The notes under the pieces: model-generated
The model's input: the letters and a program-made list of their open reading frames with translations, nothing else
Databases searched by the model: none
What the model was told of the DNA's origin: nothing
In this document: positions 45,359 to 57,300 of the stretch, one piece after another
How positions within the stretch are numbered: the first letter of the stretch is position 1
How the letters are laid out: each line of letters opens with the position of its first letter
Position numbers and translations under genes: made by a program
Assembly: GCA_965203295.1 (NCBI GenBank)
Contig: CBDBCZ010000019.1
Span: forward strand, 384,001 to 448,000
Length of the DNA: 64,000 bases
Direction of reading: 5' to 3'
Origin: Nitrospirales bacterium
Lineage (GTDB): Bacteria; Nitrospirota; Nitrospiria; Nitrospirales; UBA8639

Positions 45359-45604
45359 ATGTCCCAAGAAACTGGAAATGTGACCGTAAGAATGCCCATG
45401 AAAACCCAAAAAAAGCTTGACCAAATTGCTGTGGGGATTGATCGATCCAGAAATTGGGTCATTAACGCAGCCGTGGAGCAGTTTTTGGATGTCTATGACT
45501 GGCAAGAAAAGAGGATCCGGGAGCGTTTGAAAAAAGCAGAAAGGGGAGGAAAGTTTTACTCGAAGTCTCGGGTTAATGAAATCGTTGAATCGTTCAAACC
45601 ATGA
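45359..45604 (+). CDS. CopG/RHH antitoxin
   Basis: VTVRM...LDQIA..DRSRNWVI..AV; ATGA overlap with the toxin gene. Confidence 0.88.
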   Translation: MSQETGNVTVRMPMKTQKKLDQIAVGIDRSRNWVINAAVEQFLDVYDWQEKRIRERLKKAERGGKFYSKSRVNEIVESFKP

Positions 45605-45900
45605 TGGAAGTTGAATGGCTTGGAGAAGCACTTTTTGACCTAAAAGAAATTGGGAAATTCATTGCCGAAGATGATCCTGCTACTGCCTACCGAGTCTTAA
45701 CCAAGATTGAAACCGCCGCACATTCTTTGGAACGCAACCCTCATATGGGACGGCCAGGACGGGTTTCTAAAACCCGTGAGTTAGTCGTTGCTGGTCTTCC
45801 CTTTATCCTGCCTTACTATATAAAGCGAAACACAATCCGTATTCTGGCCGTGATGCACACTTCCAGAAAATGGCCGGATGAATTTGCGAATCTTCAATAA
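45601..45900 (+). CDS. RelE/ParE-family toxin
   Basis: W...ALFDL..I..FIA.D.P..A..P.MGRPGRV..TRELV..I.AVMH.SR.WP. Confidence 0.9.
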   Translation: MMEVEWLGEALFDLKEIGKFIAEDDPATAYRVLTKIETAAHSLERNPHMGRPGRVSKTRELVVAGLPFILPYYIKRNTIRILAVMHTSRKWPDEFANLQ

Positions 45901-46276
45901 AAGATGGTGACATTCCGGACTGCCCGATAGCAGTTAGTAGGAAGACTCGATTTATCCTAGATCCGGCAGTTACCAGGCGCCTTTTGATGAAACATCTTGA
46001 TTGAAGATGGGAAATGGCTGATTGGGGCTTTACCCTTTGTGTGACCCGTTTGGGATCATACCACGAGGTACCTTTTTCGCTGAACCACTACAATGCCTCC
46101 TGAAACCCCCCCAGTGTATCGACGATTCGGAATGGTGGTTATCCTGCCTCCCTCCTGTTAGTGAACGCTTCCTACCATATTTTTGTTGTCCACTAAAGAA
46201 GGGAAAGATCACTTCCTCTGTTACTTGTATTTGAATATGAAGAGGGTTTGGCTGAACCTGACAGTTGTCGCCTGAT

Positions 46277-48960
46277 CTATTTCTCGATGCCAACAATAAA
46301 ATAGCTACCTACCCCTATTCCAATGATAGGCACCCACGTCTCCCATGCAAGGGGGGTGGAATGAAACAGGAGATTCATGAACGGAGCATAGGTGAAGAGC
46401 AATTGAAGACAGATCATGGTCAGAACACCCCAGGTGACCCAGGGATTGCTAAAGAGACCGAGCTGGAACATGGATCGTTCCAAGGATCGGCAGTTAAACA
46501 GATAAAACAGTTCGACCATGACAAAAACGTTGACAGCGACGGTCCGTGCTTCCTCAACCGTTCCGCCTTTGGCTTGTACCCAGAGAAACATTCCAAACGC
46601 GCTGGCCAAAAGAAGTGTCCCGACCAGAAGGATCCGCCACGCCAACTCACCGGTAAGCAATGGGCGGCTGGGATCACGCGGATGCCGTTGCATGATACCC
46701 ACCTCTTTGGGCTCGAAGGCCAGCATAAGTCCCAAGGCCATAGCCGTGGTCATGTTGATCCAGAGAATTTGCACCGGAAGGATCGGCAAGGCTAAGCCGG
46801 CACCAATGGCCGCCAAGATCACTAGCCCTTCGCCTATGTTTGTTGTAAGAGTCCAGACAATAAACTTTGTCAGATTGTCGAACACGCCTCGGCCTTCTTC
46901 AACAGCAGCTTCAATGGTCGCGAAGTTGTCATTGGCCAGAATCATATCCGATGCCTCTTTGGCGACCTCGGTTCCTCCTCGCCCCATTGCCACACCGATA
47001 TCAGCTTGCTTCAACGCCGGCGCATCATTCACACCATCTCCGGTCATGGCCACAATGTGCCCTTGTCCCTGCAGCGCTTCGACGAGCCTCAGTTTCTGTT
47101 CCGGTGCGACGCGTGCAAACACGACGGTCTGATCTGCCACATCCGGTAATCGGTCCGATGCGCAGGCAGCCAAATCAGCTCCTGTCATCATTCCAGGTAA
47201 AGCAATCTGCGATCTCGCGTTCAACCCAAGTCCAATTTTCTTGGCAATCACTCTTGCTGTGACGGCATGGTCGCCGGTAATCATTTTCACCTTGATTCCC
47301 GCTCTTTGGCAGTTTTGCACAGCTCAGCGCGAGGTGGGTCTATCATTCCCTGGATACCAAGCCAGGTCAGTCCGGATGGAAGCTGGTCTGAGTCCAGTCT
47401 CTCGGTCTCTGGCGAAACTTCCAACCGGGCGAATGCCAAAAGTCGAAGCCCCCGCTCGGCCAGTTTTTTAGCTTGCTGAGTAATCCTTTTTGGATGACAC
47501 AGCTTCTCCCCACCCTTGGATTCCAATATCCGATCGCACAAACTCAACACTTTCTCCATGGCACCTTTAACGTAGATGACCCTTGAGGAATCCTGAGGTC
47601 CACGATGAAGCGTTGCAATATACTGTCGTTGCGATTCAAATGGGATACCATCAACGCGAGGGAAGCATTGGTTCATGTGATCCAGATTCAGTCCGGCTTT
47701 GCACGCAGCGACCAGCAAGGCTCCTTCAGTTGGATCCCCCACGATTACCCACTCGTCCTCCTGTTGTGCCAACTGCATATCATTACAGAGGAGCCCCGCT
47801 GTAAGGCATTCCCGCAACGCTGGGGTCTTTGCCTGTTCGACAAAATGCCCTCCTTCATATTCAAGGTGTCCAGTCGGGGCATACCCGGTTCCGCTCACCT
47901 CAAAGAATTCATCTCCGGCCAGAATGGCCTGGACCGTCATCTGATTTTCGGTCAAAGTCCCTGTTTTATCAGAACAAATCACCGTTGTGCTCCCAAGTGT
48001 CTCAACGGCCGGGAGTTTGCGTATGATCGCGTGACGCTTGGCCATGCGGCTGACCCCAATGGCTAACGTAATCGTGACAGCAGCAGGGAGACCTTCTGGA
48101 ATGGCCCCGACAGCCAAAGCGACAGCGGCCATGAACATCTCCACGGCCGGCTGCCCTCTCCATAAACCGAAACCAAAGGTCACGGCAGCCAATCCTAGAA
48201 TGACCACGGTCAGGATCTTGCTGAAATAGGCAATCTTCTTGGTCAGAGGTGTGGCAATATCAGCCGCGCTCGCTATGAGTCGATGGATACGCCCGATTTC
48301 AGTCTCGGCTCCAGTGCCCACCGCCACGCCAACCCCTTGACCATAAGTCACGAAGGTCCCGGAATAAGCCATGTTGCGACGGTCAGCCAGGGAAGTTTCA
48401 GAAGGCAATTGCAATTCCTCTTTCACGACGGGGACCGATTCTCCTGTTAAAGCCGACTCATCGATTTGAAGTTCTCGAACAGACACAACTCTAAGATCGG
48501 TAGGCACCTTATCTCCGGATTGCAGTAGAATCACGTCTCCAGGAACCACGTCGATAGAGGGAATTCGTCTTCGTTCCCCTTCTCGCAACACTGTGGCTTC
48601 GGTTTTGAACATGGTGACCAGGGCTTCCAACGCTCGTTCAGCGCGGGATTCTTGAATGAAACCGACGATCGCGTTCACCAACACGACACCAAAAATTACG
48701 CCGGCATCCACCCATTCCTCCAGAAAGGCCGTGATCGCGGTCGCGGCCAAGAGGATATAAATAAGCGGGTGATGAAATTGGAGAAGGAAACGGATGAACG
48801 GGCCATGTCGTTGCATGAGCGGCAGCACATTAGGCCCGAATCGCTGAAGCCGAGCGGCGGCCTCATCTTGAGTAAGCCCCTTACCCAGGTCGGTTTCCAA
48901 GAGCAAAAGCACTTCATGGGCGGGAAGCTGGTGGATATCTTGCGTTAGTTGATGATTCAT
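46277..48960 (-). pseudogene. P-type cation ATPase (type II, CtpF-like), frameshift near 47325
   Basis: LPAHEVLLLLE N-terminus, TGES, IPEGLP, DKTGT, TGDGVND; terminal TAG probably replaces Trp (EKW). Confidence 0.92.
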
Positions 48961-49139
48961 GCGACTGTTCTTTGCCGATTCTCCTCGCTTGGCGAATATG
49001 TTATCAATTTAGCATATTCAGAGTGAAATAGAGCCCCTTAGCCGGTGATGCCGGGATTTCTGAAGCAGAGGTTACCGTATTCCAAACAAGAAAAGCGCAC
49101 GTCCAGTATCCGATGGCGAGCGTTCTTGAGAAAGAGTTC

Positions 49140-49155
49140 TGGCCGGTTGTTTGCA
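49140..49155 (+). promoter_or_regulatory. Putative sigma54 promoter of the otsB-GH65 operon
   Basis: TGGCCGGTTGTTTGCA has GG-N10-GC spacing with TTGC. Confidence 0.45.
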
Positions 49156-49315
49156 TATGAAACGTTATGGTGAATGACCGAGTGCATAAGGTTCGGTGTG
49201 CGGCAGTGTCGCATCTTAATTTGTCGAGGACGATTTACAGGGGTTCGCTTCCTGGATGATCTCATAGTTGAGTGAGGGCTAGTTCTGTGGAGTTTATGTG
49301 ACATAAAGGGAGATC

Positions 49316-50127
49316 ATGCGCCAAAATGTTGAAGTCCTTCCTTCAGCCCTGACTCGGAGCGCGGAAATTCTCAAGCGTGCTAATGGCAAAGGAATCATCG
49401 TGTTCCTGGACTACGATGGCACTCTGACGCTCATCGTTGATCGCCCTGAGCTTGCGATTTTGTCCGAGGACATGAGGCTGACCCTCAAAGCCCTGGCTGA
49501 CTTGTGCCCAGTCGGAATTATCAGCGGGCGCGATCGTTCCGACGTCGAACGTCTGGTCGGGCTCGACTCATTGTTTTTTGCCGGCAATCACGGCTTTGAC
49601 ATTGCCGGCCCTCGTGGCTTGGAAATCCATCATGAAAAAGGCGAGCAATTTCTTCCTGCTCTGGATCAGGCAGAGACCGAGTTGCACGACCATTTAGCTT
49701 CAGTGAGGGGAGTGTTAGTTGAACGCAAAAATTCTCAATGGCTTTTCATTACTGCTTGGTAGGCGAACAAGAGGTTGATAGAGTAGTTGCCGTTGTTCAG
49801 ATGGTCTTGTCTCACCAATCGAAGCTCCGTAAGACTGAAGGCAAAAAAGTTTTTGAACTGCAACCTCGTTTGGATTGGAATAAAGGTAAGGCCCTCTTGT
49901 GGCTGCTTGACGCCCTTCCCCTTCAAAAAGGCCGAGTTCTCCCTCTTTATCTAGGAGATGATCTCACCGATGAAAATGCCTTTCAATCCTTGACGGATAT
50001 TGGAATTGGGATTGTGGTGGATGATTCTTCTCGCTTGACTTCGGCTCAGTATGCGTTAAAGAACCCTGAGGAGGTCGAGCGTTTTCTTCAACTTCTCATT
50101 GACTCTTTTCAGAACAGGACATCATGA
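49316..50127 (+). pseudogene. otsB: Trehalose-6-phosphate phosphatase, frameshift near 49735
   Basis: FLDYDGTL, ISGR, WNKGKA, LGDDLTDE. Confidence 0.9.
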
Positions 50128-52520
50128 ATGACTGGTCGCTTGTCTATGAAGGGTTTGATCCTGACCGGGAACGGTTACGGGAATCTTTATGTGCCTTGGG
50201 CAATGGATATTTTGCCATACGGGGAGCGGCACCTGAATCCGAGGCTGACACCATCCACTACCCTGGGACCTATTTAGCCGGAGGGTATGACAGACTCAAG
50301 ACCGAGATTGCCGGACGGATCGTTGAAAATGAAGATTTGGTGAATCTGCCCAATTGGCTCCCACTCAATTTTCGCCTTGAGGGGGGGGAATTGGTTCAGT
50401 CTTCGGACGATGGACCTGCTTTCCTATCGCCAGGAGCTAGACCTTAGGCAAGGTCTCCTCCTTCGAACTTTTAGGTTTCAAGACCCTCACGGACGGTGGA
50501 CCACCGTGACCAGTCGTCGATTTGTGCATCTGGGCTATCACCACCTCGAAGGGCTTGAACTGATCATTACCCCTGAGAATTGGTCTGGGACCATGCATTT
50601 CCGCTCCGCCCTTGATGGACGTGTTGTGAATGATGGCGTGGCTCGGTATCAAGACCTCAATAATAAGCACCTTCATTCATTGGAATCATCAGGAGTTGGT
50701 GAGGATGGGATTTATTTGGCTATGGAAACCACCCAGTCCCGCCTCAAGATAGATAGCGGAAGCTGCAAGAACCTAATTCTTTAGTGAAGACTCCCTTCTT
50801 CCTGTTGCTGGCTATCTCATTCAAGAAGCTGGCTTCGTTTGTCACGATTGGTCCGTGGATGTAAAAGAACGGCGTCCCCTCTTCATTGAAAAGATAGTTG
50901 CTCTGTACAATTCCCGAGATCATGGAATATCGGAATGCGGGCTGGAGGCCCGGCAAGCCATCGAACGGGCAGATCGGTTTAGTGATCTGCTTAAAACTCA
51001 CACCCAGAGATGGGAACGCCTCTGGCGACGTTGTGATATTGTGATGGAGGATGGATCGGAGTCTCAGCTTATTCTTCGCCTCCACCTGTTCCATCTTCTC
51101 CAAACGGTTTCTCCTAATACCATAGGCTTAGATGTGGGAGTGCCTGCTCGTGGGCTTCATGGTGAGGCCTATCGCGGACACGTGTTTTTGGACGAGCTGT
51201 TCATTTTCCCCATTCTCAATCTTCGAATTCCGGATATTACGCAATCTCTTTTGCTTTACCGGTACAGGCACTTGGAGCAAGCACGATGGAATGCTCAAGA
51301 AGCGGGGTTTCATGGTGCCATGTATCCGTGGCAAAGCGGCAGCGATGGCCGAGAAGAAAGTCAAACTTTGCATATGAATCCTCGGTCTAGTCAGTGGATA
51401 CGGGACAACAGTTACTTGCAACGGCACGTCAATGCTGCCATTGCCTACAACGTCTGGCAGTATTATCAAGTCACGGGTGATTGGGAGTTTCTTTCTTTTT
51501 ACGGAACGGAAATGATTTTGGAAATCGCTCGGTTCTTAAGCAGCCTTGCCACCTATGATCGATCGTTAGACCGGTACGTGATGCTGAATGTGATGGGGCC
51601 GGATGAATACCATGATCGGTATCCCGATAAAGACGAAGCGGGTTTGAACAATAACGCGTACACGAATCTGATGGCTGTCTGGGTGCTCTGTCGGGCTCTG
51701 GAGGTTCTGGACATGTTATCCTATGATAGTCGTACAGAACTTCGAGAGATTTTAGACATCCGAAAAGAAGAGGTCTCTTTGTGGGAAGAAATCAGTCATA
51801 AGATGTTCATCCCATTTCATGGGAGAGACATTATTAGTCAGTTTGATGGTTATGATCAGCTCGAAGAATTCAATTGGGAAAGATATCGTCAGAAATATGG
51901 CAATATTCACCGGCTGGATCGGATTCTTGAGGCTGAGGGGGATACGACCAATCGTTACAAAGTGTCGAAGCAAGCCGATATGCTCATGTTGTTTTACTTG
52001 TTTTCATCAGACGAGTTGCGCCTCCTGTTTAAGCGGCTGGAATATCATTTTGACCTTCAGAACATTCGAGAGAATATGGTGTATTACCTCAGCCTGACAT
52101 CACACGGTTCTTCATTGAGCCATGTCGTACATTCCTGGGTCATGGCCCGTGCGGATCGCGAGCGGACGTGGGAACTTTTTCACGAGGGATTAAAGGTGGA
52201 TGTGGCGGATACCCAAATGGGCACGACTCCGGAAGGCATTCACCTTGGGGCCATGTCAGGGACTGTTGATCTCATTCAACGTGGTCACACTGGAATTGAG
52301 ACACGTGGGGATACCCACGTATGTCAACCCTTGCCTTTCGTCGGAACTGAAGAAACTGAGCCTTTGCATCTTTTACCGTGGACATTCCCTAGATATTTCG
52401 ATTAGCCAGGAAAAGCTTAAGGTGTCCTCACGCGCGGGGAAAGCTCAACCGATTTCGCTCCAATTGAAGAGGGCAGCTAGGAAGTTAAAACCAGGGAATA
52501 GCACCAAAGTAAAACTGTAG
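50124..52520 (+). pseudogene. Glycoside hydrolase family 65 (trehalose/maltose phosphorylase-like), three frameshifts
   Basis: LGNGYF, ARGLHGEAYRGH, GPDEYH, KQAD, EGIHLGAM. Confidence 0.9.
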
Positions 52521-52777
52521 GGCAATTTTCGACTCCTCCATTCCGTCTCAATATCCTGTCGTGACTGTCTAACCTGGACCTTGAAGCTGAATCATTTTCC
52601 AGAAGACTACTTGCGTTCAATACTATCGTTGTGGGGCAATTTGCCTCAGGCATTTTATTTTAACTGGTCCCATTTGTCCCCTTCTAGGCACTACGTAGCT
52701 TCAGGGTTGACCATCCAGTTAGAGCGAAACCCAGGACTTACCAAGCGCCCCTGTTATTTAGCCTCGAGACGGCCGGA

Positions 52778-52792
52778 CGGCATGTCCCTTGC
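52778..52792 (+). promoter_or_regulatory. Putative sigma54 promoter of the por operon
   Basis: CGGCATGTCCCTTGC has GG-N10-GC spacing with TTGC. Confidence 0.55.
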
Positions 52793-52873
52793 CTTATAAG
52801 TTCACTGTTACCATTGAGAAATTTTGAGAAAGGTGCGCGTCAGCTCTTCGATTTATTGTCGGAAAAGCGGGGT

Positions 52874-53464
52874 ATGTATCAAATCCGTATTCATGGACGA
52901 GGGGGGCAGGGGGTGGTGACGGCAGCTGAGCTTCTTTCAGTTGCTGCATTTCGTGATGGAAAGTACTCCCAGGCTTTTCCCAGCTTTGGGTCCGAAAGAA
53001 CGGGAGCCCCTGTCACGGCATTTTGCCGTATCAGTGAAAAAACCATTCGGATTCGGGAACCGATCACTAATCCTGATGTGCTCATCATCCAAGATTCAAC
53101 CTTGCTTCATCAGGTAGATGTCTTTGGAGGGTTATTACCTCGTGGGTTTGTCCTGATTAATACGTCAAGAAATGTGGAGGAGCTGAGCATTGCAGAATTT
53201 CTTTCAACATTCCCGCACGATCATGTCTTTACGGTTCCAGCTACGGATATCGCGATGCGGTATCTCGGTCGGCCAATCGCGAATGCCGCGTTGGTGGCTG
53301 GTTTTGAAGCCATGACCAAGTGGATCATGTTGTAATCGGTCCTCGACGCCATTAACGAAAAATTTCCCGGTGAAACAGGGACAGCGAATGTATCGACTGC
53401 CAAAGCGGCCTACGAGTATGTGCGGGGGCACCTCCTACAACCACAAGAAGTTCGTTCATGCTGA
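52874..53464 (+). pseudogene. Pyruvate/2-oxoacid:ferredoxin oxidoreductase gamma subunit, in-frame TAA at 53333
   Basis: IRIHGRGGQGVVT, FGSERTGAPV; frame continues to TGA at 53462. Confidence 0.9.
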
Positions 53465-54711
53465 CACAGATCGAAGGCTCTCAAGCTGTGGCCACGACGG
53501 TGGCACTGTGTCGTCCGGAGGTCATGGCCTGCTATCCTATTTCACCGCAGACCCACATTGTAGAAGCGCTGTCCCGGCAGGCGAAAGCAGGCGAGATCGG
53601 GAATTGCCAGTTCCTGAGTGTGGAATCCGAATTCGGAGCTTTGAGTGTGTTAATCGGAGCCTCATCTATGGGAGCTCGGACCTATACGGCGACAACCAGC
53701 CAAGGTCTTTTGTTTATGGCAGAAGCCGTGTACAACGCCGCTGGACTGGGTCTACCTATTGTCATGACGATTGCGAATCGGGCTGTTGGGGTACCCATTA
53801 ACATCTGGAATGATCATTCAGACAGTATGGCGTTGCGTGATGCGAGATGGATTCAACTCTTCGCTGAAAACAATCAGGAGGCCGTGGATCTTCATATCCA
53901 AGCTTTTCGTCTAGCGGAAGAACTCAGTTGTCCAGTGATGGTATGTATGGATGGTTATGTTTTGACGCATGCATTCGAGCCGGTGAATCTTCCCAGCCAA
54001 GCCCAGGTCGATGAGTTTCTCCCGCCCTATGAACCGGTTCAAATGTTGGATCCTTCAGATCCTGTGTCCATTGGCGCGATGGTAGGACCAGAGGCTTTTG
54101 CTGAGGTTAAATACCTGGCGTATCATAAACATCTGCGTGCCTTGGAGTTCATCCCTCGTGTGGTTGCCCAGTTCCAGGAACAATTTAATCGCTTCTCTGG
54201 TGGATTGATTGAGCCTTACCATGTTGAAGGGGCTGACACCATTGTCGTGGCCTTAGGGTCGGTGAACGGGACGATTAAGGATGCAGTCGATGAGTTACGT
54301 CAGGAAGGATGGTCTGTGGAATCCGTCAAAATTTCGTCCTACCGACCATTTCCTGCTCACGCGTTACGGCTGGCCCTTGAGTATGCTCAACGGGTGATCG
54401 TCATTGAAAAAGATCTTTCCGTTGGAAATGGCGGAATCCTATCCAGCGAAGTCAAAATGGCTTTGCGTGATTTGCCGATTACGGTTGATACCGTCATCGC
54501 TGGGTTGGGGGGGCGAGCGATCCCTAAAGCATCTATCATTCACCTCGTTCACGAGGCCTGTGGTGAGGGCCTGGAAGAACCGCATTTTCTCGACGTCAAT
54601 TGGACGGCGATCAACAATGAGTTCGTCAGGCAACAAGCCCAGCGGCGCTCAGGACCGACACCGGAGAATGTGTTGCGCGATGTGAACGCCATCGGCGTCA
54701 AAGTGATTTAA
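53458..54711 (+). CDS. porA: Pyruvate/2-oxoacid:ferredoxin oxidoreductase alpha subunit
   Basis: YPISPQT, VESE, TATTSQGL, NIWNDHSD, GLGGR. Confidence 0.9.
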   Translation: MLTQIEGSQAVATTVALCRPEVMACYPISPQTHIVEALSRQAKAGEIGNCQFLSVESEFGALSVLIGASSMGARTYTATTSQGLLFMAEAVYNAAGLGLPIVMTIANRAVGVPINIWNDHSDSMALRDARWIQLFAENNQEAVDLHIQAFRLAEELSCPVMVCMDGYVLTHAFEPVNLPSQAQVDEFLPPYEPVQMLDPSDPVSIGAMVGPEAFAEVKYLAYHKHLRALEFIPRVVAQFQEQFNRFSGGLIEPYHVEGADTIVVALGSVNGTIKDAVDELRQEGWSVESVKISSYRPFPAHALRLALEYAQRVIVIEKDLSVGNGGILSSEVKMALRDLPITVDTVIAGLGGRAIPKASIIHLVHEACGEGLEEPHFLDVNWTAINNEFVRQQAQRRSGPTPENVLRDVNAIGVKVI

Positions 54712-54730
54712 CTGACCGCATGAGGACCAA

Positions 54731-55741
54731 ATGACCCACCAACGAATCAAATTCTATCAGACGGGAACTTTCACGGTTGGAAACCGCCTACTGGATGAAT
54801 CCGACCGCACTGTTCAGTCTCGGATGGATCGGACCAACTCGCTCGACTCTGGACACCGGGCCTGTCAAGGCTGCGGGGAGGCGTTGGGGGCCCGGTATGC
54901 CATTGATGCCGCCATGCGTGCGACTCAGAATCAGCTTGTCGCGGTTAACGCAACCGGATGTTTGGAAGTGTTTTCCAGTCCGTATCCGGAGAGCGCCTGG
55001 AAAATTCCTTGGATGCATTCGTTATTTGGCAATGCCCCGGCTGTCGAGAGCGGAGTGGCGGCTGCTTTACGAGCGAAAGGCAAAATGGATGTGAGAGTAA
55101 TTGCTCAGGATGGAGACGGAGCGACCGTGGATATTGGATTTGGCTGCCTTTCGGGGATGTTCGAGCGCAATGATGATGTGCTCTACGTCTGTTATGACAA
55201 TGAAGCCTACATGAATACGGGTGTGCAACGATCAGGGGCCACTCCGCCTAGAGCCTGGACGAATACCACGCAGACCGTCGGGAGCCATCCAGGCAATCCC
55301 ATCGGTGTGGGAAAAAATCTCCCTCGTATCGCGATGGCGCATGGCATTTCCTGCGTGGCGACTGCTTCGGTTGCCGATTTGCATGACCTGGAATCCAAGG
55401 TCACCAAAGCCATGGGCATTCGTGGTGCACGCTATATTCATATCCATGTTCCCTGTCCTCTCGGATAGAAGTCGGATCCTGCCCACACGATCAAAGTTGC
55501 TCGTATGGCCGTTGAGAGCGGGTTATTTCCTTTATTTGAAGCTGAATATGGACAGGTCACGGATCGAACCCTTATTCGACAGAAGGTCTCAGTGGAGCGC
55601 TACCTTGAGCTGCAAGGACGATTCAAACATCTATTCGGGGATTCCCCTGACACCGAAGCTATCGCGGCCATACAGGCTATCGCCGATGCCAATGTTCAAC
55701 TCTACGGATTGATGGAAGAAGATTCGAGGCATGGAACGTAA
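54731..55741 (+). pseudogene. porB: Pyruvate/2-oxoacid:ferredoxin oxidoreductase beta subunit (TPP-binding), TAG at 55466
   Basis: GHRACQGCG, ATGC, GDG, DNEAYMNTG.Q, PCPLG*. Confidence 0.9.
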
Positions 55742-57270
55742 GCCCTTTGCCATCACACTGAACCCCGACTCAAGCCTGGCCAATCATACGGGAAATTGGC
55801 GGACCATGAGGCCTGTCTATAAAGCTTGGCGGATCATCATGGAGGATAACCCTTTCCCAGCCCTCTATGGACGAGTGTGTTATCACTCCTGTGAAAATGC
55901 GTGTAATCGCAGACAATTGGATGAAGCTGTCAGCATTCATGCTGTGGAACGATTTCTCGGTGACTATGCCATCGAACATGGATGGAGGGTGGAGGCTGGT
56001 CCTTCGACAGGAAAGCACGTGTTGGTGATTGGAGCTGGTCCTAGCGGTTTGTCGGCTGCCTATCATCTTGCTCGTTTTGGTCACAAAGCCACGATATATG
56101 AAGCTGGACAGAAGCCTGGCGGCATGATGCGCTTCGGGATCCCCAAATACCGCTTGCCCAGGGATGTGCTTGATGCTGAGATTGCGAAGATTGAATCCAT
56201 GGGCGTGACGATTAAACTCAATCACGCGGTTAACGATCTCGAGGCAACGATTAAAGAAGGAGCCTTTGATGCGGTGTTTGTCGCCATTGGTGCACATCTG
56301 AGTAAGCGGGTGGAAATACCTGGTCGTGATGCTGGCAGAATCTTGGAGGCGCTGTCCTTTTTGAAAAGAATGGAAACAGGGGATCCCCCAAAACTTGGGC
56401 GTCGAGTCGTGGTCTATGGTGGAGGGAACACGGCTTTGGATGCTGCCCGCACCGCTAAGCGATTAGGAGCGGAGGCGGCGGTCATTGTCTATCGCCGTGA
56501 CCGCGAGCATATGCCAGCCCATGATTTCGAGATGGAAGAGGCTCTGGATGAAGGGATTCTGACTCGATGGCTTCGTACCATTAAGCACGTCGACGACACC
56601 ACCTTCACGGTTGAAGAAATGGAGCTTGATGAGACTGGAAAGCCACAACCGACTGGTCGGTACGAAACACTTGAAGCGGATACATTGATCTTGGCGTTAG
56701 GCCAGGAAGTCGATACCAGTTTTTTGCACTAATGTCCCGGGCCTAGAGATTGCATCTGATAGGATCATCCAAGTTGATGACACTATGATGACAGGTCGAG
56801 CTGGAGTGTTTGCTGGTGGCGATATGCTTCCTGCGGAGCGGACTGTCACCGTTGCGACAGGCCATGGGAAAAAAGCCGCGAGACACATCAATGCGTATCT
56901 TCGTGAGGTTCTGTATGTGAAGCCACCCCAAAACCCACTAGCCACCTTTGATCGGCTCAACACGTGGTACTACACGGATGCTGATCAACGTCAACAACCC
57001 TATTTGGATCTGGCACGGCGTCGAGCAAGTTTTGACGAAGTCGTCGGTGGGCTAGACGAGAACACCGCATTATTGGAAGCCAGACGCTGCTTGTCCTGCG
57101 GAACCTGCTTTGAATGTGATACCTGCTATGGAGTCTGTCCCGACAATGCGGTCATTAAACTCGGGCCGGGCAAACGGTATGCGATAGATTATGACTATTG
57201 TAAAGGCTGTGGGCTCTGCGCGGAAGAATGTCCCTGCGGGGCGATTGATATGGTGAAAGAACGGAAATGA
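55731..57270 (+). pseudogene. GltD-like FAD/NAD(P)H oxidoreductase fused to a PorD-like 2x[4Fe-4S] domain; internal deletion and frameshift near 56728
   Basis: GRVCYHSCENAC, GAGPSG, GGGNTA, EARRCLSCG.CFECDTC..CP, YCKGCGLCAEECP; N-terminal PPC..ACP motif missing. Confidence 0.85.
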
Positions 57271-57300
57271 GTCCATATTCTTGATGGAAGGAGTGAATCC

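Noticed and set aside
45990..46130. Possible IS3-like left end and orfA start on the minus strand
   Set aside because: Only a few codons (VQRKRY) and a vague end motif; not supportable.
6343..55741. Amber (TAG) recoding or pyrrolysine use as the explanation for in-frame TAGs
   Set aside because: TAG also ends intact genes (15193, 42063, 58162), and the same genes or operons carry TGA/TAA stops, frameshifts and deletions. Mutation is the simpler explanation.
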